Assembly (NCBI GenBank): GCA_043732185.1
Contig: JAYTHY010000112.1
Span: 76,376 to 140,375, forward strand
Reading direction: 5' to 3'
Length of the DNA: 64,000 nt
Source: Fibrobacteria bacterium
GTDB taxonomy: Bacteria > Fibrobacterota > Fibrobacteria > UBA11236
How positions within the stretch are numbered: position 1 is the first letter of the stretch; each line of letters starts with the position of its first letter. Made by a program: the position numbers and the translations under genes. Below the pieces are notes generated by a model. It searched no databases. It saw nothing but the letters and a program-made list of their open reading frames with translations, and was not told where the DNA came from. Below, piece after piece: positions 20,776-35,900 of this stretch.

Positions 20776-20791
20776 TGTGATAAAGCTCACA
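20776..20791. promoter_or_regulatory. CRP/FNR-family binding site (perfect CRP consensus)
   Basis: TGTGA-TAAAGC-TCACA in the divergent intergenic region between xylF and the giant protein gene. Confidence 0.7.
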
Positions 20792-20953
20792 GCCTAGTTT
20801 AGGTTTTACATCAGACTTAGCGTTAACTCCACCGAATTTGGGGTACTGGAGCTTCTGTTTTAGAATGTCGCATTGACCCTGATCCTTACCATACGATAAG
20901 ATTCCCAGGAGCCCGATCGTTTTCAGTCGAGGTTTTGAACGGAAAAACCATAA

Positions 20954-23900
20954 GTGGATTCGCACTGTTTTAGAGCACATAGGAGTTGGAGCGGGGGCCG
21001 TGCCAGTGCATGGGCTTGGGTGGGAATGTGTTTCCTGATAGGCTCGGCTTTCGGGACAACGCGCACATGGAATGGTGGTGGCGGCAACGACCTGTGGAGT
21101 ACTTCGGCAAACTGGGGCGCCACAGGAGTTCCTGTAGCCGGAGATGACTTGCAATTTGGCGGATCGACTCGGCTAACCCCCAGCAACGATATTGCGGCGG
21201 CCACGAGTTTTAATTCCATAACCTTTAATTCAGGAGCGGGTGCATTTACACTGTCCAACAACAGTATCACATTGGCCGGAAGCATCACTAATAGTTCGTC
21301 CAACACTCAAACCATAAGTTTTGCGATTGCAACAACTGCGGTACGTACCGTTGACTGTGCCAGCGGCAATATTTCCTTGACAGGTGTGATCAGTGGCACG
21401 GGAGGTGGGATAGCTAAGGCCGGTTCGAACTCCCTTTTATTGAGCGGGACGAATACTTTTACGGGTGGCGTGAATTTGAATGCCGGTAGGATAAACGGAG
21501 AAAATACGGCGGCATATGGGACAGGTACAGTAACATGCGCAAACGGGACCAGCCTGGGCGGCACAAATGGCTCTGATTATACCTATGCCAATGCCTTTGC
21601 GCTTACAAGCGGAACAGTAACTTTTATTGCCCAATTTTCTGGGGGCATTGACATGGGGGTCAGTGGCATTATCAGTGGCAGTGGTGCCATGCAGGTAACC
21701 TCTGATCCAAGTGGAAGAAGATTTACCCTATCGGGAAACAATACCTTTTCTGGAGGGGTGACTCTTGGTTCGACTAACTCAAGTGCGCGATTAATTGTAG
21801 GGCATAACAATGCCTTAGGATCGGGAACTTTGACAGTTGATCAAACTGGAGCCGGAGGTTTAGAGGTCAATGGCGCCTATACCATACCTAATAATATTGT
21901 CGTCAATTCTGGAAAAACCTTGCGCTTGGGGCAAAATGACGCCTCTGCAGTCACTCTTTCTGGTATCATATCCAGTTCAGGAGGAGTACAAAAATACAAT
22001 ACCGGTACCTGGACACTTTCCGGAACCAACACCTACACTGGCGCAACAACAATTAGCCAAGGAACGCTGCAAGCGGGAAGTACCCAGGCTTTTGGTGTGA
22101 ACTCTGCGGTTACTATGGCAAACGTGGCGTCTACGGTGCTCAACATTACCGGTTTTTCGAATTCAATCGGCTCCCTAACGGGAGGCGGTGGAACCGGCGG
22201 TACAGTTGTTTTGGGCGCAGCTACCTTGACCATTGGTGGTGATGGGACTAGCCCTTCAGCCTATGCTGGTGTGATTTCTGGAACGGGTGCCCTTACTAAA
22301 ACCGGAAGTGGAACGATTACCTTTAGTGGCGCCAATACCTATACGGGTGCAACCACGGTTTCCGCCGGTAATTTGACGATTACGGCTACAAGTTACGGTA
22401 CCGTTTCCTATGCGATTTCTTCCGGCGCTGTATTGGAATTTAACCTGTCGTCCAATGCCGATTACAGCGCGACGACTTTTACTGGAGCCGGCACTTTACG
22501 AAAATCTGGATCGTCCAGTATTGTATGGAATGCTGCAGCAGCAATCTTTGGTTTGAGTTCCGGTGGTCTGATTGACGTGGTTGCTGGAACCTTTACCGGA
22601 AGCGCCAGCGCCAATGAAACTTGGGGCAGTAACTTATCCGATTTGACTGTTGCCAGTGGGGCTACTTTTACTGGAGTTGAAGGCAATATTATAGTTGATG
22701 CACTATCTGGGGCAGGTACGATAAAGAGTGGTTACCCTTGTTGCAGCTATGCAAATTTTACTTTTGGGGCAGACAATGGGAGCGGCACTTTTTCGGGTGT
22801 GATTGCGGATGACCAAACCACAGCCAATTTTGTAAAGACGGGAACGGGAACACAGACTCTTTCCGGTGCCAACACCTACACCGGTACAACGACAATCGCT
22901 AATGGCACCTTAAGTGTCAACACTATTTTGTCTGTTTCAGGCGGCGCAAGCGCTTTGGGAGCACCTACCTCGGCTGCTAATGGGACCATCGCGTTAGGCA
23001 GCACCACAACAACGGGCGTTTTGGTTTATACTGGAGGGACTCAGTCTACTGATAGAGTGCTCAACCTGGCGGGTACCACCGGGGGTGGTACAGTGGATCA
23101 ATCCGGAAGCGGCGTATTGACATTTAGCAGCGCGTTGACGGCAACGGGAGTGGGATCCAAAACTTTGACCTTGCAAGGTTCCACGGCAAGTGGTGGCGTA
23201 ATTTCCGCGGCTATCGTGAATGGGTCAGGTACCACGGCAGTTACCAAGGCTGGAACGGGTACATGGACTTTGAGTGGCGCAAACACATTTACAGGTGCAT
23301 TTGCTTTTAATGCCGGAACCATTATTCCGCATAATAACGCGGCTTTTGGAGCCAGCAATACGGTGACTTGTGCAGCTGGCGGGGTTACCATAACTGGAAC
23401 GGATGGAGGGGATTACACCTATGCCAACGCCTTCGTATTGAACGGTACCGTCACGGTTACAATTCCATTCACAAGTGGATTTGATTGTGGAATCTCCGGT
23501 GTCGTTTCCGGCACGGGCAATTTTCTGGTAAACTCGATTGGCAGCTCAGGAGGGAGACGGTTTCACTTACATGCAACCAATACCTTTTCAGGTGGTATCA
23601 CGCTAGGCACAGGCGGTTCGGAATATGCGCGTCTTGAGGTGTATCTCGCTGCCTCAATGGGAACAGGGACACTGACCATTAATCAAAATCCTGGGGCATT
23701 TTTAAAAGGATTGGAAAATAAAGCAGCCCTAACCGCCACCAACAACATCGTGATCAATTCCGGGATGCGTTTTTATGTCGGCAATTCACCCACCGGAGAC
23801 ATGGTTCTTTCTGGAATCATATCGGGAGCAGGAAATATAGAGAAAGTGGGCGCAAATGTGGTTACGCTCAGCGGTGTCAATACCTATACGGGTACGACTA

Positions 23901-26900
23901 CGGTTACCGCGGGAAAGTTGGCTGCGGGAGTGGCCACCCAGGCTTTTGGGGTTAACTCCGCAGTGACCATGGCTAATGTAGCCACCGCAATTCTGGACAT
24001 CACCGGATTTTCCAACACCATCGGATCCTTGACTGGGGGTGGGGGCACGGGCGGAACTGTCACGCTTGGGGCCGCTTCTTTGACTATTGGGGGAGACAAC
24101 ACCAGTCCGGCGGCTTATGCCGGAGTTATTTCCGGAACGGGAGGTGTAACCAAATCCGGAACTGGAACACTTATCCTTTCCGCCTTGAATACCTACACAG
24201 GTGCAACTGCCGTTCAGAACGGGACATTGAGCATCAACACCATTCTATCCGTGTCTGGGGGAGCCAGCGCGGTGGGAGCGCCCACCACAGCCGGCAATGG
24301 CACCATCGCTTTGGGCAGCACTTCCACAACCGGAATCTTGGTGTACACGGGCCCGGTCCAATCCACGGATCGGGTTCTCAATCTGTCAGGCACTACCGGT
24401 GGTGGCACAGTCGATCAATCGGGCTCGGGAACGTTAACCTTCTCCAGTAATTTGACGGCAACGGGAGTGGGCGCTAAGACTCTGACCCTACAAGGCTCTA
24501 CGGGAAGCGGCGGTGTTATTTCCGGCCTTATTGTCGATGGCTCCGGTACCACCGGTGTTACCAAGGCCGGAACCGGAACCTGGACTTTGAGTGGTGCGAA
24601 TACCTACACCTTGGCAACGGCAATTCAGGACGGCACCCTCAGCATCAACACCCTCAAAAGTGTTTCCGGCGGGGCCAGCGCCATAGGCGCACCTGTTACA
24701 GCAGGCAACGGCACCATTGCCCTAGGCAGTACCACCACGACCGGCACGCTGGTATATACGGGTGCGGTACAATCCACAGATCGGGTCCTCAATCTAGCCG
24801 GTACCACTGGCGGGGGAACCGTTGACCAATCAGGCTCTGGCACGCTGACTTTTTCCAGCAACTTGACGGCAACGGGAGCGGGTGCAAAAACCTTAACCCT
24901 GCAAGGTTCCACGGGTAGCGGAGGCGTAGTTTCTGGCCTCATCGTTGATGGCTCCGGTACCACGGCTGTTACCAAGACCGGTACCGGAACCTGGACCTTG
25001 AGCGGTGCGAATACCTATACCTTGGCAACGTCAATCCAGAATGGCACGCTGAGCATCAATACCATCAAGAGCGTTTCTGGTGGCGCCAGTGCTGTGGGCG
25101 CACCGGTCACGGCAGGCAATGGCACCATTGCCTTAGGCAGCACGACCACGACGGGAACTTTGGTCTATACCGGCGCTGTTCAATCTACGGATCGGGTGCT
25201 CAATCTGGCAGGTACCACTGGGGGTGGCACGGTCGATCAATCAGGCTCGGGTACACTGACTTTTTCCAGCAACTTGACAGCAACGGGAGCAGGTGCCAAG
25301 ACACTGACCCTCCAGGGCTCCACGGGTAGCGGGGGTGTGATTTCAGGTCTTATTGTCGATGGCTCCGGTACCACGGCCGTTACTAAAGTTGGAACCGGCA
25401 CCTGGACTTTGAGTGGAGCGAATACCTACACCTTGGCAACGGTAATTCAGGACGGGACACTGAGCATCAATACCATCAAGAGTGTTTCTGGTGGCGCCAG
25501 CGCCGTGGGTGCCCCTGTCACAGCAGGCAATGGAACGATCGCCTTAGGCAGTACCACCACAACCGGTACCTTGGTGTACACGGGCGCCGTTCAATCGACG
25601 GATCGAGTGCTCAACCTGGCAGGAACGACCGGGGGCGGCACTGTAGATCAATCGGGATCTGGTTCGCTGACTTTTTCCAGCAATTTGACGGCCACTGGGG
25701 CGGGCGCAAAAACCTTAACCCTTCAGGGCTCCACGGGAAGCGGCGGTGTACTCTCCGGTCTAATTGTTGATGGCTCCGGTACCACTGCGGTTACCAAGGT
25801 CGGAACTGGAACCTGGACTTTGAGCGGGGCGAATACATATACATTGGCGACCACAATCCAGGACGGTTCCTTAAGCATAAACACGATAAAGAGTGTATCA
25901 GGCGGTGCCAGCGCTTTGGGAGCACCCGTTACGGCCGGTAATGGAACCATCGCTCTTGGCAGCACATCCACAACCGGCACTTTGGTGTACACCGGCGCAG
26001 TTCAATCCACGGACCGGGTACTCAATCTGGCAGGAACTACCGGAGGTGGCACGGTGGATCAATCTGGCTCTGGAACGCTGACTTTTTCCAGTAATTTGAC
26101 GGCAACGGGAGTGGGCGCCAAGACATTGACTCTACAGGGGTCAACAGGCAGTGGCGGCGCACTTTCAGCCGCTATCGTAAACGGTTCCGGCACAACTTCA
26201 GTAACAAAAGCGGGTACCGGCACCTGGACGCTTTCCGGTACCAACACATACACCGGGGCAACCACCGTTAATGCGGGAACTTTGGCAGCCGGTTCCACCC
26301 AGGCCTTCGGTGTCAACTCCGCCGTAACCATGGCCAATGTCGCTTCAACCATATTGAATATCACCGGGTATGCCAACTCCATTGGTTCCATAACCGGCGG
26401 TGGTGGGACGGGTGGCAATGTGACGCTGGGTGCGGCTATATTGACGATAGGCGGAGACAATACCACCCCCGCAGCCTACGGCGGCGTTATAAGTGGCACC
26501 GGTGGAATCACCAAAGCTGGAACCGGCACCTGTACTTTATCCGGAACGAATACTTACACTGGTGCGACCACCGTAAACGCGGGATCTTTGGCGGCCGGTT
26601 CCACCCAAGCCTTTGGAGTGAGCTCGGCTGTGACAATGGCCAATGTGGCTTCGGCGATTTTGAATATCACGGGGTATTCCAATTCTATCGGATCTTTAAC
26701 AGGTGGTGGCACCACTGGCGGCAATGTGACGCTGGGTGCGGCGACATTGACAATCGGCGGGAACAACACCAGCCCGGCAGCCTATGGGGGTGTCATTAGC
26801 GGGGCGAGCGGCAGCTTGGTTAAGGCCGGTTCCGGCACCTTGACGCTTTTAGGTTATCAAAACACCTTCACCGGAACCGTAACTGTAAACGCCGGGACAA

Positions 26901-29900
26901 TTTCGACTACCGCTCCGAATTTGGGGAGCTCAGGAGCCCTTGGGTCTGCCACTTCGATAACCATTAACAGTGGTGGAACCATTTCCGCCGATGGCGACAA
27001 CTCTTTCGTCGGTGATGGCACATCAGGGGCAAAGACCATAACCATCAATACCGGCGGCCTTCTCACCAGTACCAGCAACTACACCAACCATTTGCATGCC
27101 CTGGTCCTAAACGGAGGCACCTTATCCGCCACAACGAACAATACCACTTGGGGCAATTGGAATTTTGATTACACGGTCTCGACGCCAGGGAGCAGCAGCA
27201 CCACGTCCACCATTTCCGGTGGGATTGGAGCATTTAGCCAGTCTGGTGGCACGATATTCAATATTGGTGCAGGCGATGCACTCAATGTATCCATGGTGCT
27301 GTCACACACCACTTCCGCTCCAGATAATGGACTTACCAAATCCGGCACTGGCACGATGACGCTTTCAGGCGTCAACACCTACACGAGCGCCACTACGGTT
27401 TCCGCCGGGACCTTATCGATAACCGGTTCGACGGCTTCGGGAACGGCGGTAACCGTGGGCACGGGCGCGACACTCATGGGGACGGGTACGGTATCAGGTA
27501 CCGTCACGATTCAGGATGGAGGCACAGAATCCCCCGGTGTGGCCAGCGCGTCCACGCTCACAACCGGCACGCACGTGTTCGCGAATACCTCCGTGCTTAC
27601 CTACACTTTGGGAACCACCAGCGATAAAATCGTCTCCGCCGGAAACCTCTTTTTGGACGGTACCATAAATGTTACTGCCGGAGCCGGTTTCGGAACTGGA
27701 ACCTATCCCATCATGACCTATTCCGGATTTTTGACGGACAGGACGCTTGATGTCGGCACCATGCCTACTGGATATGCCGGTTATATATCGGCCAGCGGCG
27801 GCACCGTAAACCTCAATGTGACGGATTTTACCGGATGGACGTATCTCTCCCGCATCCAATTCAATACCACCTCCACCGGCGGTAATGTCAGCGGCAATGT
27901 CACCAACTTTCCCATGTTGGTCCGCCTGGATTCCAACAATTTTATTTTCGAACAAGCCCAGCCGGATGGCAGGGATATCCGCTTTGCCGATCCGGATGGT
28001 ACCGCTTTGTCTTATGATATAGAACGCTGGGACGCCACTTTAAAAAAAGCGGAAATCTGGGTCAAGGTGCCGCAAGTCGACGGCAATAGCGATCGCGATT
28101 ATATCAATTGCTACTGGGGTAATTCCGGGGCCATCAGCCAAGCCAGCTCCAGCAGTGTTTTTGCCTCGGGTGGCGGGTTTGCGGGTGTATGGCATTTGAA
28201 CAGTGCGTTCACGGACGCGTCCTCCAATGGGAACAACGGCACCAATACCAGTTCTACAGACTCTGTGGGAATTATTGGCCGGGCGCGGTCCTTCTTGTCA
28301 GGTTCTTCCCAATATGTGGAAATGCCTTATGCAGCCAGTTTGGACTTAGGAACCTTTTCCTTTTCAGCTTGGACCAAAATTGCCTCACTAGGTGCATCCA
28401 GGGGAATTATTTCATCGAGATTTGGTAGTGACAACACATTTGATGCCCAATGGAATACTTCAACACTGCATGCAGATATCGGTAACGGCACCGCATGGTT
28501 GTCGACCACCGCAGACTATTTAGCCAGTCCCACTATCAATACATGGTATTACGTAACATACACCGTAACAACCAACACCTACAGCATTTATCTAAACGGT
28601 ACCTTGGTAGCAGGTCCGACGGCATTTGCAGGCACTCCAGAATTCATGAAATCCGGTGAAACCTTGCGCATTGGACAAACTTCAGGCACTTATTTTGCCG
28701 GCCTGATCGATGAGCCCCGCGTGGAGAATGTGGTGCGCAATGCGGACTGGATTAAGCTGTCCTATGAAACCCAGCGCAGCAATTCCACTACTGTCATTTT
28801 TCCCAATACCGCACTGTCTACCTGGTCCTATTCCAATAAACTCTATGTCAATACCACTTCATCCGGTGCCAACACCACCGCCGACGTGACGAACTATCCA
28901 CTTTTAGTTCGGCTAAACGGTGGCAATTTTAATTTTGCGCAAGCCAAAACGGATGGTTCCGATTTGCGCTTTGTGGACAGCACCGGTGCGCTGCTTTCGT
29001 ATGAATTGGAACGCTATGACGCCACTAACAAAGTTGCCGATATTTGGGTACTCATCCCCACGGTCAAGGCCAACGACAATTCTCAATGGTTCAAAATGTA
29101 TTGGGGCAAGTCGTCGGCATCCTCCTTGTCCTCCGCAGCATCCGTATTCCAATCATCCAATGGATTCGCTGCAGTATGGCACCTCAATGAAGATGGCAGC
29201 ACAACTTCTGGGGGATATAAAGACGCTACCAGCAATGCCAATAACGGGACGGGTATTGCTTTAACCAACTCTTCAGATGTGGCAGCCGTCATCGGTACAG
29301 GGTCCAATTTCACCGGGGCCTCGAATCAAGGCGTTACTTTCAACACAGCTACGAACTTACATTCCAATACGAACCTAACTTTGGAAGGATGGGTGAATAC
29401 CACATCACAGGCAACCTATACGCGTCTTGTGAACAAGCCTTTCACTTCTGCGGTATCACCGTATAATGAATGGGGAATTGAATCTTCTGGAGCCGGCAAT
29501 ACATGGAATATGACTGCTACAATTGGTGGAACGGTCCGACAAGTTACTTCAACCACAGTCACGGCTAATGGCACATGGTATTACGTTACTGGAACATATG
29601 ATGGTACTACGCTTAAAGTGTATACAAATGGCAATCTTGAAGCGAGTGGTACCTATGCTGGCACTATCAATGATTATGCATCAAACGGATACTTAGGTCG
29701 CTGGATCAACACTGCGCAAAATTTGGATGGAAAACTGGATGAGGTGCGCGTATCCACCGCAACCCGCAGTGCGGACTTTATTAAGCTCAATTACGAAACA
29801 CAGAAAATGGGTTCCGCTGTGGTTAGGGTCGGGTCCCGTCCATCCGATTACACAAATTCCGTACGCTTCAATTTCAATTCTACCAGTACCGGAGCCAATA

Positions 29901-32900
29901 TTACCGGTACAGATGTCACCAATATCCCGATTCTGATTCGCCTCACCTCCTCAAATTTTGATTTCAGCAAAACCACCGCTACAGGAACGGATATCCAGTT
30001 TGTCGACAAGGATGGAACCTTTCTCTATCATGAAGTGATAGATTGGGACAAAGCCAACAGTGTTGGGTCCGCTTGGGTCAAGGTGCCACAGGTGGATAAG
30101 AATTCCACATCCGACTATATCACCCTTTATTATGGTTGTTCCACCTGCACGGGCAGCGCCTATGCGATAAAGGATTCGGTATGGAGTGGTTACAAAAGTG
30201 TGTTCCACATGAATGCGCCAGAAAAGCAGGCAACGGATGCCACCATATTAGCAAATCACGGAACCTATACCACCACGGCCTCTGGTACCTATTCCACTAG
30301 CCAAGCGTCTATTCCCGGTATAACCTCACCCAATGCGGTCAATTTTGACGGCAGCGGAAATTACATCACTATTCCGAATGAAAGCAATTACGACATCACC
30401 ACCAACTTGGCGGTTTCAGCCTGGATCAAATGGTCGGCATGGAATATTCCCTATCAATCCATTGCCACCAAGGGAGATACTTCTTGGCGTCTAGCCAGAA
30501 ATGCCAGCACCAACACACTCCAATTTGCGTGTTCGGGAACCACCACTTCTAATGTGGCTTCCGCCGCCTCCGTCAACGATGCAGCTTGGCATTTGGTTAC
30601 AGGAACCTATGATGGGGCCAATATCAAAATTTATATCGATGGAGCGCAGTCTGGCACTGCCGCCTCTACAGGTTCGATTTCCAATACGAGTGATATTGCT
30701 ATGATAGGGGAAAACTCCCAAGCGACCGGTCGCTACTGGAACGGCGCTATCAGCGAAGTGCGCATCGGCAACACGGCCGGGGTGCTTTCGGCGGACTTTA
30801 TCAAGTTGTCCTATGAAAACCAGAAAGCGTCTAGCACCCTTTTTTCCAATACTACCATAGCCACTTCGTCTTTCCAGCGATCCAAGATTTTCAAATTCAA
30901 TACCACGGCCTCGGGTGCCAATATCACTACCGACTTATACAACTACCCCATGCTCATTCGGCTAAATACATCGAATGGAGGCCTGGTGGATTCGGTGCGT
31001 AACGACTCAGCCGGCGATATTCGTTTCTTAGATGGCGACGGAGTTACTTGGCTGGATTATCAAGTAGAACGGTGGAGCCAAAGCGCGGACAGCGCCGAAA
31101 TCTGGGTCAAGGTTCCTAAGGTGGACGGTAACAGCTCCGGAGATTTCATCACCATGTATTACAAGGAAGTGACCGCCAATTCCATTCCTGTGGGCGAATG
31201 CGCCAGCTGCGTCTTTGATACCGCCAATGGTTTTACCGGAGTTTGGCATATGAAGGATGTGGCCAGCTTGACGGATGCGACAATACGCGGCAATACCCTT
31301 ACCAACAACGGAACAGTTACGGGCTTGGGCGTGTCCAGTCAGGGCGCAAAATGGGACAACAATACCGATTACATGACCGTTCCAGTTGGAGCAGCAACGG
31401 GTACGACAAATGAGATCACCTATTCCGTTTGGACACTGGGTGATGCAACGCTTCCGGTCAATAACAGCTCAACAATAATTGGAACCGATGCATCCGGATA
31501 TCGGGTTATAAACGTTCACCTTCCTTTAAATACTGGAACAGTATATTGGGATGCTGGAAATTCCGGATCGAATAGCTACGATCGTATTAGCAAAGCCGCG
31601 GATAGCACAGGCATGTACAAGACCAATAGGAGCTACTGGACGTTTACGAAAAGTGCCATTACAGGCGATATGAAAATTTATTACAACGGAGCCGTTTGGC
31701 AGACGGGAACCGGGTATACCAGGACACTTAGTACTATCACCGCGCTCACTTTCGGGCAATCTTCCAGCAGTTATTTAGGCATCCTGGACGAAGTACGCCT
31801 TTCCAGAGTGTTGCGCTCAGCGGATTGGAATAAGCTTGATTATATGACTCAGCGTCCGGACGCTTCCCCTTTCTGGAATCCAAGTCCGAGTGATTTCCAG
31901 AAATCACAACGCTTTACATTTAACACCACTAAAACCGGTGCCAATGTTATGGATAGTGTGACGAACTATCCTCTACTGGTCCGCTTCACGGACGTGGATG
32001 GTGGCAAGCTCAGCCTAGTCCAATCGGGGGCGCCGGATATTCGCTTTCTGGATGGAGACGGCAAAACCTGGCTCAATTATCAAATTGAACGATGGAGTAC
32101 GGCTACCACACCGGACTCGGCGGAAATCTGGGTGTCTGTTCCCAAAGTGGACGGCAACAGCGACCACGATTACATCACCATGTACTATCAGCAAAAAGCC
32201 GCGGTTACAATTCCTGATAGGCAATGCGGAAGTTGTGTGTTCAGCTCGACGTATGGTTCTGTCGGAACCTGGCATCTCGCAACAAATGTCACCGATGCCG
32301 GGGGAACCTACAACGGTACGGACAATGCCTCAAGCGACCAAGCCGGCATCATTGGACGAGGCCGAAGCTTTAATGGCAGCTCCAGTTATATCACTTTTGG
32401 AACGGTGGCGGGATCGGCTTCTAATCTTACTGCCTCTATGTGGGTGAAAGCAGGTGCTATTGGGGCCATGAGGGCTTTCAGTAAAATGCCTAACAATTCT
32501 TCTGGAATTGGATGGGGATTCTTATTTCGGAATACTGGAGAGGATACAGCTGTCCATTTTCGCATTGGTGATGAGATTACTTATGGTGCATGGCCAGACG
32601 GGGTTATGAAGAACAAAATGTATCATACTAATCAATGGGACTATATCGTGGGTAGTTTTGATTTGCTAACCAACACCGGAAAACTTTATAAGAATGGCGT
32701 TTTACAGGATTCGGACGTAGTTACGGGTGGACGAGTGGTCTCCGATGTAGGTCAATCACTTACTTTCGGTAGGGCGTCTTATGGTGCCGCTGAATTTTTT
32801 AACGGGGATGCAGACGAACTCCGCGTTGCCAATGTAGCCCGCTCTGCGGACTATATCAAACTTGATTACGAAACCCAGCGGTATACCGGTAATGTGTTCT

Positions 32901-35900
32901 GGAACTCCCGTACCAGTCCCAACAATCTTGTCGCATTAACCGCTTCAGCCAGCTCCAGCTCCATCGCCCTATCCTGGAACACTCCTGTGTCGGACACTTC
33001 CTCCGCCGATTCCGTGGGCCTGTGGGTAGGCTACACCACCTATCCCGATTCTGTTCGTACTACAGCAGCTTCCACTTTCACCCGTGTGGTTACATTGCCC
33101 AAAACAGACTCAACCTATACGTATCCGGCCAGTTACCCAGGCACCTATTATTTTGCCCTGGCCGTCCGGAATTCTTCCGGCCTATGGAGCCCTTTCACCA
33201 AAGCTTCTTCGGACACGGCCACTATCTATGGTGACGCAACAAAAACCGACACCGTTTATGTCGATTCCGCTCTCGGCAACGATGCCAATTCCTGCACCAC
33301 GGCTCGCAGTCCCTTCACCCCTAAACTTACCATCACCAGCGCCGTAGCCTGCGGCAGCACTGCTACCGATACCCTAGTCGTACGTGTGATGCCAGGCACG
33401 TATACCAACGACAACTCCTTTACCGTAAACGGAGCCAAACCCACGCAAATTGTCTCCTTTGATAACAATTCGCGCGCCGTTTTAAGCGGAACGGGATCCG
33501 TGGGGGAAAATTCTACTACCTACAACTATACGTTAGCCGTGAACTCGACCATTACGCTGCGTAACCTCGATATCAAATCTGGTAACAATTCCAACCCAGG
33601 TATTTACATTCGCTACAACGCCACCAATGTGACCTTAGACGGCAACCGTATTTACAACGGAGCGACCAACTCCAACTCCTCCTGTATCCGAATGGTCTCT
33701 TCCAGCACCCAAAATATTTTAATCGCCAACAATCTCTGCTATCAACCCACCACCTCGGGCCTATTGATTTATAACGGAAGTCTGCAGAACATCGTAAACA
33801 ACGTATTTGTTGGCAGCGGTGGCAGCAGTGAAGGCATCAGCTATAGCGGCAACACCGCCTTGACCACGTCCACGGTGGCCAATAACATCTTCTACAATTG
33901 GAGTTATGGCATCCGCAATACCTACTCATCCGACTTCGGCCTTGTCTCCAACAACTTGTTTTACATGGTCACCACTGGCCAGGAAGTTTCCGGAGAAACC
34001 GACGCAGCCAAGATTCTCAAGGACCCACTTTTCTTCTCCACCAACCCATTAAATCCCAAAGGGTACACGTTATTGCCCGGTTCCCCAGGCATTGATGCCG
34101 GAACCGCCTCGTTGGTAGGCTCTGGCTATACGTTAACCACCGCCCGCGATATGTTAGGCACCGCGCGGCCGCAAGGCACGGCTCGCGACATCGGTTGGTA
34201 TGAAGGCAACGGCTACAACCCAAATTCAACCGGAGACTTTGACACCTTAATCACTTCCGTTTCCGGCGCTATCCTAACTGTTCAGAATTCTAAGTGGAAA
34301 ATCAAGTTCGACGGGGCTGCTGGCGGCGGCATCAACTTCTTCTCGGATATGACAGTAGTGGCAGATACGGCATTAAATCTCTTGACTGCAAGCACCGTAC
34401 TCTTTGATGCCAAGGTCGGATCCTTCACTGCTTCCTCCGTTACCAATGGATTCGCCCCAGCCTTTTATGAGAGAACCAAAACCCGTGCTATCGTGCGTCA
34501 ACGTCTGGCCGTGAGCGCATCCTTAAATCTTAACATATACTATTCCGTCTATGCCTCTGGACATATTTACGTTGAAAGTGAAACCGAAAATATAGCCGCA
34601 GGTGCTACGGCATTGTCTACTATTGACTACACCATGAAATTAGGTGTCTCCGGAACTGTACCATTAACCGGAAATTATGTCTCGGCTCGTTCCACCGAGT
34701 ATGTTAAGAAAGGTTTCGGCTACTTAACCACCGGCAGTCGTGACGCCATGCTGGCGTTTATTGGCGACAGTTTGGATGCAGCGGGTTCTGGGGAAAACTG
34801 GAATTTGACCACCGCCGCCGGACCTCCCGGCACAGTTCTGTTCGCCACCGCCGGAGCTGCAAGCTCTGCCCGGTTCATGAAGCGACGGCATCACTTTTTA
34901 TTGTACATCGGCGATCGAAGCCTCGATTTCACCCGGGCCGCCACGGTCAATGCCGATGTGGTTACACCCAGCATCCTCACCACTTCCTCCGGATCGCTGC
35001 TACTGGAACGCACCTGGGGCGATGGACTTAATGGCCATTGGAGCTTCGACGATGGAGGTGGAACGGTGGTGCGGGATAAGTCCGTATACATCCAGAACAA
35101 TGCCACGCTTTCTGGAACGGGTCAACAATGGGTATCCGGAAAAGTGGGCGGCGGCCTTTATATGACAACGAGCGGCATGGCGGTAGTGACCAGTAATGCC
35201 AATGCCCAGGCGTTTCTGGGTGGCACATATATGTTCTGGATCAAGCCGGATTTTTCCGGGATGGGTGATGTGGGTTACATCATCAGCAAGGGACTGACGA
35301 CGGGAAGCGGCTGGTATTTCCGGAAGGTTACGGGTGTGAATCAAATCACCTTCAACATGGGTGCTGCTTCGGCGACAACCCCAACCTTAGCCAATGGTGT
35401 GTGGACGCATATTGCAGCGGTGGTTAAGCCTCCGGGAACGAGTTCGACGCAAATTGAAATGTACGTGAACGGGGTGATGGTATCCGCTTCTAGCGGAGCG
35501 GCGGCGGCCACGGCTACGGACAATGCAACTGATTTACACTTTGGTGAAAGCTCTGCTACGGACAAGTTTCAGGGAACGCTCGATGATATTCGAATCTTCA
35601 AAGGCGAAATCCAGGCTTCGGAAATCCGGGCTGTGTATGCGCAGGGTTTCTCCAGCAAGTTTGGACTTTATGTTTTAAGGGCTGACAACAACAACCGACT
35701 CGTCGCGCTTATAAACGGCAACTTGGCCCAAACCCGCGTACAACCTGCGTTTCAAATCTTGAACTGGTACGGGGTTAAAAATCCCAAGTACGTGTATTTG
35801 AATGGCACGCGCCTCAAGGCTAACACAGATTTTGTGGCGGACTTTGCCTACGAGACAACCTTTGGAAATTACCTCGTCCTGCAACTCAACAAAACGTTGA

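Noticed and set aside
24188..26242. Regular repeats as a possible CRISPR array or assembly artefact
   Set aside because: They are 411-bp in-frame coding units with no spacers, and synonymous divergence between copies argues against a duplication artefact.
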